A DNA stretch of 48,783 nt, filler included, from Catajapyx aquilonaris (taxonomy: Eukaryota), in NCBI GenBank assembly GCA_000934665.2. It is 2 parts of 2 records of this genome, joined end to end, with 100 filler letters (N's around TTAATTAATTAA, not from the genome) between each part and the next. Parts side by side here need not be neighbours in the genome. Positions count along the whole stretch, not along the records: positions 24,457 to 48,783 come from JYFJ02005535.1; 1 more part is not named here. One strand, given 5' to 3'. Of the stretch, positions 39,298 to 48,783 are shown in pieces. Position numbers and translations under genes: made by a program. The notes below the pieces were generated by a model. The model did not search any database, was not told the DNA's origin, and saw only the letters and a program-made list of their open reading frames with translations. The stretch's first letter is position 1. Each line of letters starts with the position of its first letter.

Positions 39298-42200
39298 ATG
39301 CCACAGTTAGAGCCCAGTATGGACCCTGAATGGAAGGAGAAGCTAGGGCCAAACAAAGATTGCACCTTTCCTCTAGAATATGGATTGGAGACTTTCTGGA
39401 GCACATCAGGTAAGAGTTTGTAATTTTTTGAGGCAGTAATCAACATCACCATCTTTGGCATAAGTATACTCCTTTGCACTTAATGTTAACCTGGCCTGAA
39501 AAATATTAGTACTACGATTTCCTCATCCTGCCTAGTCAGTCATCTAGCTGGATTTTGAAATAATTATGGCTGCTGGGACGATAAGAATATGCTTTCATGG
39601 CAAAATGTGAACTAATACCCAGAATGTACTTAGGAGACATAGTCATTGCAACCTTGCCACAGTTATAATGCTGTTTAATATTTGTCAAATATGCTTCGCA
39701 CTGTTATATGACTGGGGTCTCCTACATCGCGGCTCCCCTTTTACAGACGGGCACGTCCTGATTTGTTTGTCGGGGGAGTGGAAGATAAGCTAATCTGACA
39801 TAGCCTAACATATCCTACATTAATGTAACCAAATTGAAAAATGCTGAAAAGGCAGGCAGTCGTAAATGCCATTCCCATTACAAATCATTTTGAAATTATC
39901 CACCTGACTAAATTCAATGGCAACTTGGCCTGTGCAACATGTCTTCAACAAAATGAATAAGTTGTGAGCAATGAAATACTGGGTGTCAGGTGACATTTTG
40001 CACAATGTAAAGACATTCCAGCTTCCATAATTAATTCTGAGGTCCAGGAATGAGAGCACAGTGTAAATCCAGCTAGATGACTTGTTGCATGGAAAGAGAA
40101 AACTGGTTATATGTTCATTAACAGAGAGTGGCATGGCGGTGTAGTGTCTAGTGCAGGCCACAGTCTTCCACCTCGGAAGTCCCATGTTCTATCCCTAGGT
40201 CAGACAAGAAAATTTTCTTTTGCTGAAAGAGTGTTGAAGGGTTTTCTCAGGTGTGTTCAATTTCCCCCACAAGAAAAGTCCATCTCTTTGTATATTAATG
40301 AATAAAGTCGGGAATTCAAATAGGATCCCCAAAGAGGCCGCAGGCCTGTCACAAGGTAACCTGTAATTATATTATCATCGTCAGTTGTACCACACAGCCA
40401 CTTCTTTTGCCCAAGCAAACTTAGATACTCAGGTGTATATACATGTAAAAATGAGTTGCAGGAGATCACTTGAGAAAAAGAAGTGCTCTTTCGCCAATCT
40501 TAATTTTCCACAACTTTAATCCCTTTGCAGTTGCAAATTATGGTTCAGATTGCTTTGGAATCTGTGACATGGGAGACCACCAAGTGCTTCTAATGTTCCC
40601 ATACTATGATAGCGAGTTACCTGTGGACCTGTACCGTGTCTTAGAATACAAGTTCAAGGGGAAGGCGGTAAATATGAAGAAGTATGTGCATTTTCTTTCA
40701 CTGTGGATTTGTGTTAATCTCTGTCTCTCTGTGCAGGCATGTACTCACGACCAGAATAGACCTTGTTGTGGGAATTCCCAACTACAAGTGCTTCTGTGCT
40801 TATTCAAGAGATGAATGTGCCTTGTATTTGTGGCACTCACTTAACAGGTTTTCAACGAAGAAGTCATTTTTTGTGCCATTCAACGTGGAAGTGTACGGTA
40901 TCACATATTAATAGTTTAAAAACTTTTTCTTCTAAACATTACATCAAGGTATTCTCTTTGTTTTAAAACAACAAATTTTGAGGTACAGTAGCAAGAAATA
41001 CAGGGTGTTATCGGTAACTCTGACAAAAATCACATGGTCGATAGAGGCCCCATAGGCAAGTATGTTGAGCTTAGGTACCCATGTCCGGCACGGTCATTTC
41101 CACCTTTGGTCTATTGCGCCTGGTGGAATCACCTTCGTCTCCTCCACACACTACACACCTGACGCAAGCTTCGAGTACGATGGGTTGCCTACCCACCAGG
41201 CGCAACATACCAAAGACGGGCATTTCCGGTCATGGGTACCTGAGCTCAAAATACTTGCCTATGGGGCCTCTACCGACCCTGTGATTTTTGCCAGAGTTAC
41301 CGGTAACACCCTGTAGAATAGGATAATTAGATCTCAGAAATGAGATGGCATAACTGTGAGCAGCATTAGTAGATACTTGATGCAGTATCGAAATATGTTT
41401 TTATTCCATCTTATTTGTGAGTGAGGATTGAAGTAGTCACTGTGCTTGAGTAATGCAGCAATGGGAGGGTGGGGGATAGTATGAAAGGCAAGGTATGATT
41501 GTGATTAGGTGTACTGGTTAATTGTCAGTTGTAGTGTAAGAGGCAGCGTAAGGATGTCACATGATTCCTGGTGTGACACCAGGGATACACCAGCAAGCAG
41601 ATGTAGCTCTGTAGGAGCCACAAATGTGTGGAATAGGACAAGAATCGATTCCTTCACTCTCCAGTAACATTTTAGGAGAGTTGTGAAAAGGCCATGTATC
41701 CAACATCTTCCTGATTTGTCATACAGGATTGTGTGTCCTTGGCCTACTCGGGAGCAAAGAGCTCATAAAAATGTATTGGCACAGTACAGGAGTGATTTGC
41801 TACAGGAATTTACATAATTTGCATACTCTCAGCACAACTGAAATGTAGTAATGTCAGTAATTAAGATGAGTATAATTATTATATGCTATGGCCCAAACCA
41901 GGATCATTTCAGGTTATCCTGGCTTGGATGCAACCCATTGCACAGGTGTGTATGTGTACTGTCTGCTTATCTGAACCCTTCCCTTATCTGCTTTACTCAG
42001 CCTCTGAGCCTACTTATCTGTGCACACAGACTTGTCCTCAATAAACTGTGGGCCACAACTTTTGAAAGAGTCTAGTGTATCCTAACATAAATTATGCTAA
42101 CCTAACCTAACCTAATTTACCCTAACGTAACCTATCCTATCTTTTCCTACCTAACCTACCCTACCATAATGAACCTAGGCTGAGATAAACGGATTTTGGG

Positions 42201-45200
42201 GAGATTGTGGGAGATTGTGGGGTCATGTCCCCACTAAATCAGTATAAAATCAGGCTTTGGACACGTGGGGACAGAAAATGTCCCCACAAATGGGAGGGCG
42301 TCCCCACAGGCCACAGTTACAGTAAAAACTCCCATTACCGTCCCCAGAGCTTATTGAAGACTGGTACTGTACAATGGATTGCATCCAAGCCAGGATAACC
42401 CGCAACGATCCTTGTTTGGGCCGTAGTAGGCTACAGTACATCTCATAGATTCAGTGATACTATTTTCAGCTTGACTTTGATTTCTCAGGCTTCATTATGA
42501 GCAGGACACCAGCAGACTCTTCCTGGGTGGTTCAGAAGGACTGATGACAGTGCTCGTATCATCAACTCTCAGAAAACTGTTCCTTACCCTGGAGACCCAC
42601 ATGCAACACAAAACTCCTCCTGCCGAGGTAACCTAACTTACATCATTTATTCGGCAGCTAATTAAAGACAAGCCTGAAGTCAATTCCCACTGCCATTGCG
42701 TACTCCACCTGAAATAGGGGGTTGTGTGGTAGAAAGCTTGAACAATTTTATGTCAAAGAACTGTTTCATTAGTGAATAATTAGAGCTAGAGATATGATTA
42801 TGGATGAAACTGATAAGTGAATGCACAGGCTTGTCATGGTCTCAGAACTCGGACGTCAGTTACATTTATGTCATCCTTTAGCCTTCAGCACTTTCATAGG
42901 TTCATGATTTAAGTGGATATCAACAAACCATGGATAGCACAACAAAAAACTCACTCCAATTCAGTGGCGTAACTAGGATATGGCAAGTATGGCACGTGCC
43001 CTGGGTGCCACTTGGAAGAGAGCGCCACTGAGCACTTTCTGTTAAAGTCAAATAAGCTGTCTTCGGATGGGGAAAATAAGAATTTTCTACAGATGTATGA
43101 TCTTGACACAATGTAACAAAAATTAACCTTTTTGTGTATGGAAATTCATTGCTATTTCCATGTTCCTTAGGTCACTTGTAACTAGTAATGACTTTTCATT
43201 TTGTCTGAACTTTGGTTTTGCCCTCGGGGCAGTCACAAAACCAAAATCCTCGAAATATGTGGGTCTTTCCGAATCAGTAGGGCCCTAATGTTGCTGGAAC
43301 ATCTGAGAATTTGCTGAAAGAAATCACAGCTGTACACACCGGTGACAAAAGTTTCAGCCATATTGCGCAATACCGTGAAAAGGAATAAGTCACGAAATTT
43401 TGTAAGGGCTGAAAATGAAGATTTTTTGTAAATTTTTTTCAGTTAGTGGATGGGGTAAATAAACATATAAGTTATATCAAATGAAAAATAAAGGCCAGGG
43501 AAATGTGCATGTGGAATTCGTTTTCTTCTAGAATGTAACCAGAAACACCTGTGTGGCATTCCATTGGTCACATGCTCAGTCACATGTCCCAAGTATTTTG
43601 ACCCCAACAATATATTAGTGATGTATTTGCGTAAAAGCAGCCATAATTGGTGATACAAGTTGTGCCCCATACAAGGTTTAATAAGTTCGGATTGAAGCCT
43701 AGTTTAAGCATGGCTCGCGAGGAAATATTAGACATCTTTTGCAGATTGACCCACTCATTTAGGGGCCCAAATCCTTGGACAAGTGACCGATGGAATGCCA
43801 CGCACATTATTCTGGTTACATTTTAGAGGAAAACTAATTCCATGGGCACATTCACTTTGTCTTTCTCTTTCATTTGATTTAGTAATAATGACGTGCATAT
43901 TGGGTTTTTACCACATTCATGAACCGGAAAAATTCTCCAAAATGGCCTTTCTAAAATTTCGCGATTTTTCCCCTCGATGTGGTATTGCACAATATTGCTG
44001 AAACTTGATATTTAGCTCCCCAAAAAGGGTTATGCCCTCGAAAGGGACTTCATAATAAATAAAATAAATAAGTAAGTAAATAAATAAACTTGATATTTAG
44101 CAAAGTGGTGTAGGCTGGTACAGTATACTAGGTGTGTACAGCAGCTGTGATTTTTTTGTTCACCAAAATTCGACATGGTCTAACAACATTTCGGCCCACT
44201 TGATATGGAATGACATCAAAATTTCGAGTCATTTGATGTTTTTTACTCCCACAAGGTCAAAAACCATGTTCAGACGAAATGAAAGGTCAGTTTGAGTTAC
44301 GAGTGACCTAATAAGGTACACGGAAATAGCAATGAAGTCCTATGGACAAAAACCGTGTTGCATAGTTTTATGGGTTGAAAGCACTTTGATGGCTCCATAG
44401 GTAAAGTCAGACACTGTGATTTTGCTCTGCTGAGTGTAGAAAGAGAAGAAACTGAAAAAAACTGACTTTGACTACATCATAGACCAAATTGCATCAGTGA
44501 AATCTAAATTACAACTGCACCTTATTCCTTGCTAGCAGTAGTGTCGTAATTTGTCAGTTTAAAGATTAATGAACTTTTGACTGATATATTTTAGCTGCTT
44601 TTATGACAGGTATCTGAAAGATGGGTTTCAATGTGTGGACAGGGGTGCAATTTCAGTGCTCGCCATAGGTGCTATTTTCCCTAAATACGCCACTGCTCCA
44701 ATAATTATAATTCATATAAAGCTTGAATATTTCAAATACCTTACTCAACAGGTGCCAGAGACTCAAAAGCACTTAGTGGGTTTTTATGGGATTCCCAGGA
44801 TCTCGCAGTTTGTTGTTGAATTCAACACTAGCATATACGTGCTGGATACAAAGCTTCATGTGAGGAAAATGTACCTGAATGGATCTTCAAGTAACATCTG
44901 TGCCTCAGTTGTTCACTCGAGCTTTTGCTACATGTTCGTGGCCCATGAAAATGGAATGCTTACGGTTAGTAAGATAATACAGTGAAACCTTGATCTATCA
45001 TTTCTGGATCCATCGTTCAATTTCTAGGATCCCAAACGAACACTATTTAATATAGGCCCCCAAGTAATTGTTTTCCTGTATGCTTTCTTCCCTCCCCCCA
45101 GAAATCCTGACAAAAATGATGAATCGAGGTTCTTCTGTAATGGGCTACAGAACCACCCTTTCCCCACCCCCACACTGCATCTGTGACCTTTTTCTGTCCC

Positions 45201-46730
45201 TCTGCTTCCAGGCACACTATCTCAGCTCGCTACAACTGATAACTCATTTGGTAGGTCACAAGAACAAAATATCTGTCATGGAGCTCCACAAGAACAACCT
45301 CTTGTTGATCACAGCTTCTCATGATTGCTCCATACGGATCTGGGACATCATGACCTTTTCTGCAATCAGGTTGGTTTGACATTAAAATATATTCTGAGGT
45401 ACTTGAGAGTAATGAGGCCACTGCAAAGACCAAAAGAAATTGATACCTAGGCGAGTCATGGAAACATAGCCTTATTTGTCTCAGATACACATCATAAATT
45501 CTATCAATTCATGAAGGAGAATATGCATAAAGTGGATCCATGTGGTATGGTTCTTTTCCACATCATAACATGACAGATGGCTATCGCAAGCCCAAAATGA
45601 TGAAGACGATTCCAATTGCAAAGCCTCAGTGAGTCCTACTGCAGTATATAATTTGTGTTCAAGCAAAGACCTCACCCTGCTGTTTCTGATACCTCATTGC
45701 AACACAAATTGTCTTCCTTCTCTTTCCCTGTAATGGTACAGTCCCGCTCATAAAGAATGATACGACTCTATGGACGAAATGTGTATCCTCAATGTCCAGT
45801 AGTGTTCCTAACCTTATTTCGATGCAACCCTATGGACAACCTTTTCTGGACGTCTGGTGACTCGCATGACCTATCCCGATTTTTAAATGAAATTTGTAAT
45901 TTCCAAAATGTTCAACCAGGTACAATGCTTACGTAGATTTGTTGTTAATTTCCCCCTTGAAATTTTCCTACTTTGCCTTGTTTCATAAATGTCCACATTT
46001 TACTGTATTTTGATTCCCTTTTCCCAGATTTCCTTTCAACACTTAAAAACATGCTGGCGACCCATAGGTTGGGAATAGGATAAACGTGGAATATACATTT
46101 CGTCTGTAGAGTCGTACCATTCTTTATAAGCAGTAGGCTCCTGTACATAGGAGAGAATGCCTTTATTACTATTAGACATTTCTCATCATCATTGTAATAT
46201 GAGCTGAATAATTTAAGCATAATAATTTTGAAGAATTCCTGCCAATGTTTTTTCATTATGTCTTGTTAGTTCAATATTTGCAAAATATTGGGACACTGGC
46301 ATTGAAGGTATTTATGGGGATAAAACTACTTTCAATGTTAGACCTTCTGTTAGACCATCTCACTTTTTTAAATCCATTTGCTAATGCAGCACACTAGTCT
46401 TGGACTACCCTGTCCCCAACTACTCAATATTCCGAGGCACAACTATGATGATGATTGTCACCACAGAGAGTATAATGATGTATTGGCTACGCACCTTTGA
46501 GATTGATAGCATGCCTCTGCCGAGTCAAATGCGCCAGATTCGCCCATACATTTTGCCAGGTGTCCGCTCCACTGTGGTGGTCGTGGGCAAAGACTCAAAT
46601 GTGTACATAGCAGAGACAGAAACAGGAGAGATTAAAAACATGCTGCCATCTGTGAGCAATTCAAGAGTGGTGGATGCCTTTTTTTCGCCAATTCAGGAGA
46701 GGCTCTGGCTCCTGTACGATGATGGCTCAG
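39298..46730 (+). CDS. WD40-repeat protein, WDR87/WDR97-like; 7 exons resolved, 3' part unresolved or beyond the window
   Basis: Phase-consistent GT-AG exons 39298-39409, 40531-40681, 40737-40892, 42489-42627, 44752-44964, 45212-45369 and 46390-46730 (423 codons). One canonical WD repeat LVGHKNKISVMELHKNNLLLITASHDCSIRIWD plus degenerate blades (PFNVEVLHYEQDTSRLFLGGSEG; VVVVGKDSNVYIAETETGEI; VVDAFFSPIQERLWLLYDDG). The family assignment is from recalled resemblance only. Confidence 0.8.
40128..40308 (+). mobile_element. Degenerate tRNA-derived SINE (V/Meta-like core) in intron 1 of the WD40 gene
   Basis: A-box-like GGCGGTGTAGTGTCTAG, B-box-like TGTTCTATCCC, core GGGTTTTCTCAGGTGTGTTCAATTTCCCCCAC, ending TCCATC...ATGAATAAAGT. 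Confidence 0.5.
41001..41313. mobile_element. Tc1/mariner-type MITE with 88-bp TIRs and TA TSD
   Basis: TA|CAGGGTGTTA...TAACACCCTG|TA; arms 41001-41088 and 41226-41313 are reverse complements with about 7 mismatches. Confidence 0.92.
41886..42426. mobile_element. MITE with 60-bp TIRs (GGCCC...GGGCC ends, PIF/Harbinger-like) and an internal (CCTAA)n tract
   Basis: 41886-41945 versus 42367-42426 reverse complement with about 7 mismatches; degenerate CCTAA repeats at 42081-42165. Confidence 0.82.
43129..44352. mobile_element. Foldback DNA element with imperfect inverted arms of about 450 bp
   Basis: About 43129-43575 pairs with about 43778-44352 (e.g. TTCATTGCTATTTCC/GGAAATAGCAATGAA, ATCACAGCTG/CAGCTGTGAT, AATGTAACCAGAA/TTCTGGTTACATT, GTGGCATTCCAT/ATGGAATGCCAC). 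Boundaries are approximate. Confidence 0.8.
44017..44085 (+). mobile_element. 5'-truncated non-LTR retroposon 3' end (stem-loop + (TAAA)n tail) with 16-bp TSD
   Basis: TSD AAACTTGATATTTAGC at 44001-44016 and 44086-44101; the insert has hairpin CCCT-CGAA-AGGG followed by an ATAAATAAAATAAATAAGTAAGTAAATAAAT tail. Confidence 0.8.
45739..46143 (+). mobile_element. Tc1/pogo-type MITE, copy 1 (TA TSD)
   Basis: TA|CAGTCCCGCTCATAAAGAATGATACGACTCTATGGACGAAATG...CATTTCGTCTGTAGAGTCGTACCATTCTTTATAAG...CTG|TA. Strand is relative only. Confidence 0.85.
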
Positions 46731-47299
46731 GTAAGCATAGTAACATTATTATTGCAATTACTAATACAGGATGAACCTTATACAAAAAGATACTAACAAA
46801 CTTTTAGAGTGACCCTGTGTGAGCCAGAGGATCCCTCTTTGTAGCAGTGTCATTTGGTATCCGCAGCCTAGGTACCCAGGTAATGGGCTTTTCATAATAT
46901 ACATAGCTACAGCACATCCTGGAAGGTCTGCATCTGACCACACAAGGAGAGAGTCCAATGTTTGGGTTGGCATAGAGCTGCATAGAGCATAGTATCCAGG
47001 TTGGTCCATGTACTCCTTTTTCACCTTGCATGAAGCATTCATTGCATAAGGTGATTCTGCAGCACAGGTTACAGGAGCTGGGTAATGTGCAGGTGGAGAT
47101 GTGTAGTAAGATACGGCTACAGCATAATGGGATGCCAGCACATTTTGGTTCAATTGCATGAAAGCATCATTTCAAAATGTTGATATAAAGGATACTGGCT
47201 GCAATAGCAATTACCTTTGGAGTGCAAGTTGTTACCTGGCAGTTTTCATTTCCTCTACAGATCCCACACTTGCCCAAGCTAGGTTCATATGACAGTGTA

Positions 47300-47688
47300 C
47301 AGTACCGCTCATAAAGAATGGTACAACTCTATGGACAAAATGTTTATTCTGTTCCCAACCCCTGGGTCACCAGAATGTTTTTAGGGGTCATGAGGAAGGC
47401 TGGGAAAAGGCAATTAAAATCAAGAAAAAAAAAGAAGAAAAAACAAGGCAAAGTAAGAAAATGTAAGGGGGGGAAATTCATCTCAAATCTATGTAAGCAT
47501 TGTACCAGGTTGAACATTTTGGCAATAAAAAATTTCGGGGAAAAAGTCGGGAGGGGGTCATATGGGTCGCCAGAGATCTAGGACAAGTTGTCCATAGTGT
47601 TGCGACGAAATCAGGTTGGGAATAATGCTGGATAGTCAGAATAAACACGTCGTCCGTAGAGACGTACCATTCTTTATGAGCGGGACTG
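47300..47688 (-). mobile_element. Tc1/pogo-type MITE, copy 2, inverted relative to copy 1
   Basis: TA|CAGTACCGCTCATAAAGAATGGTAC...GTACCATTCTTTATGAGCGGGACTG|TA. The interior is the reverse complement of copy 1 (e.g. TTCCCAACC..TGGGTC vs GACCCA..GGTTGGGAA; TACCAGGTTGAACATTTTGG vs CCAAAATGTTCAACCAGGTA). Confidence 0.87.
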
Positions 47689-48687
47689 TACTTTTGAATG
47701 TCCGCAGTGTATGTTTGGATGCAAACCTTCCAGGATATGCTATACTGCATGGTGAACAAGCTTGATCTCTCTGTATCTAGGTTGCAGATACTAAATGATC
47801 CACCTGGCTTTGCAAGATCACTCTAAAAGATTGTTGTTATATTTCTGAAACACCCTGCATATACCATTACTATTTTCATCTAATACATATTTCAAGACCT
47901 ATATCTGTCTGGATGTCTGTGACCTATGCAAATCCATACGGAGGCCTCCACATATGCCCCTGGGGTATCACCAGGGGTAGTTTTTTACCGGGAAGGTTCT
48001 TAGCGCATTGGAATTGACCTCCGAGGTCTTCCTTGGCCACAGGAGGCGAAAAGGACTTTGGATGTTGGCGCCCTGTGTTCCAATAATGCTGTTGAGTTGC
48101 CCTGGAAACCATGTCCTTCCCTCCTCTCCTCCCCTCCCCCCTCCTCCTCCAGCAGCGCTTCAGCAGTGTTATTACATTTCTACACGGTGGCTGTACTTTG
48201 GTCAGTGTTTTGTACTCACACTGGCTGCATACGTCGTTCCATTTCCAAGTCCTTACACACTGTTACCTTGGTTACGAGAATGTTGGTGTAATTATAGGTA
48301 ATCATCACGTTTTGTTCATATAAGTTCCATATCTTGCTATCCTGGTATCTTATTCCATTTTTACCCTAGACACGGTGGCACGGTCCACCTACGGCCTCGG
48401 GGCAGGCCCAGGGTTCGAGCTGGTGTTACAAATGCGCTGTGTGTAAGAATAGTAGACTTATAGCGGTTGTGGTTTATTGTTTGCTCAGTCAGCCTGTCGG
48501 GATTTTCTTGGTGTACTTTTTCTGCCATGCCTTTTCCTCTACATACTGTGTCATGTGCTTTTTGTCGGAATTCTCCTGTTCCGAACTGTGTTACGTTCTG
48601 TCATGTAGTTTTCAATCGTTTTGCTTTTATTTGTTTTTTCCCCCTTTGTTAAATTTGGACCTCCACATTCTCCATGTATATGGGTGA

Positions 48688-48783
48688 CTAGCAGGATACC
48701 CGGCGTTGCTCGGGTTATGAAATACTTTTCCATAGGAGTGACTCATTGATTTGCAATAATTATGGCATACCAGTGACATGGAG
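48688..48783 (-). mobile_element. 3' terminus of a Helitron-type element, continuing past the window end
   Basis: A|CTAGCAGGATACCCGGCGTTGCTCGGG has the same CTAG + CCCGG..TTG..CGGG hairpin terminus as the 19303 element. Confidence 0.55.

Larger units (their letters stand above)
42962..44695. mobile_element. Non-autonomous hAT-type element carrying nested insertions
   Basis: TIRs CAGTGGCGTAACTAG / CTAAATACGCCACTG; 8-bp TSD CTCCAATT (42954-42961) / CTCCAATA (44696-44703). Confidence 0.8.

Noticed and set aside
47260..48297. Further WD40 exons (47260 micro-exon; about 48155-48297 ...CYLGYENVGVII)
   Set aside because: Splice-like signals exist, but I could not build a phase-consistent, motif-supported continuation from 46730.

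Overview
Eukaryotic genomic DNA, very probably from an arthropod: it has spliced genes with short GT-AG introns, a milton gene, ionotropic chemoreceptors and TTAGG-type repeats. It is not prokaryotic, and there is no CRISPR array. The window is two pieces joined by an artificial 100-bp spacer (44N-TTAATTAATTAA-44N, 24357-24456), so no linkage across it should be assumed. The left piece is mostly non-coding and rich in transposable elements (TEs). It contains one intact, intronless, divergent ionotropic receptor (IR) gene (13264-15204, minus strand) and the N-terminal part of an IR paralog (23704-24282, plus strand) that runs into the contig end. It also has a full-length tRNA-derived SINE with 15-bp target-site duplications (TSDs), a mini-Helitron, tandem repeats (one an array of CTCF-like motifs), and two Myb+E2F motif clusters flanking the IR. 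The right piece contains milton/TRAK (10 phase-consistent core exons, 32731-37838, plus candidate alternative first exons). Milton is followed closely by a divergent WD40 gene (WDR87/WDR97-like, at least 7 exons, 3' end unresolved). The WD40 introns are packed with inverted-repeat elements, including a three-level nested insertion and an inverted MITE pair bracketing one exon. I see no proven novel system. The best leads are the possible Myb-MuvB/dREAM and insulator architecture around the IR, the circRNA/dsRNA-prone intron architecture of the WD40 gene, and the alternative 5' exons of milton.
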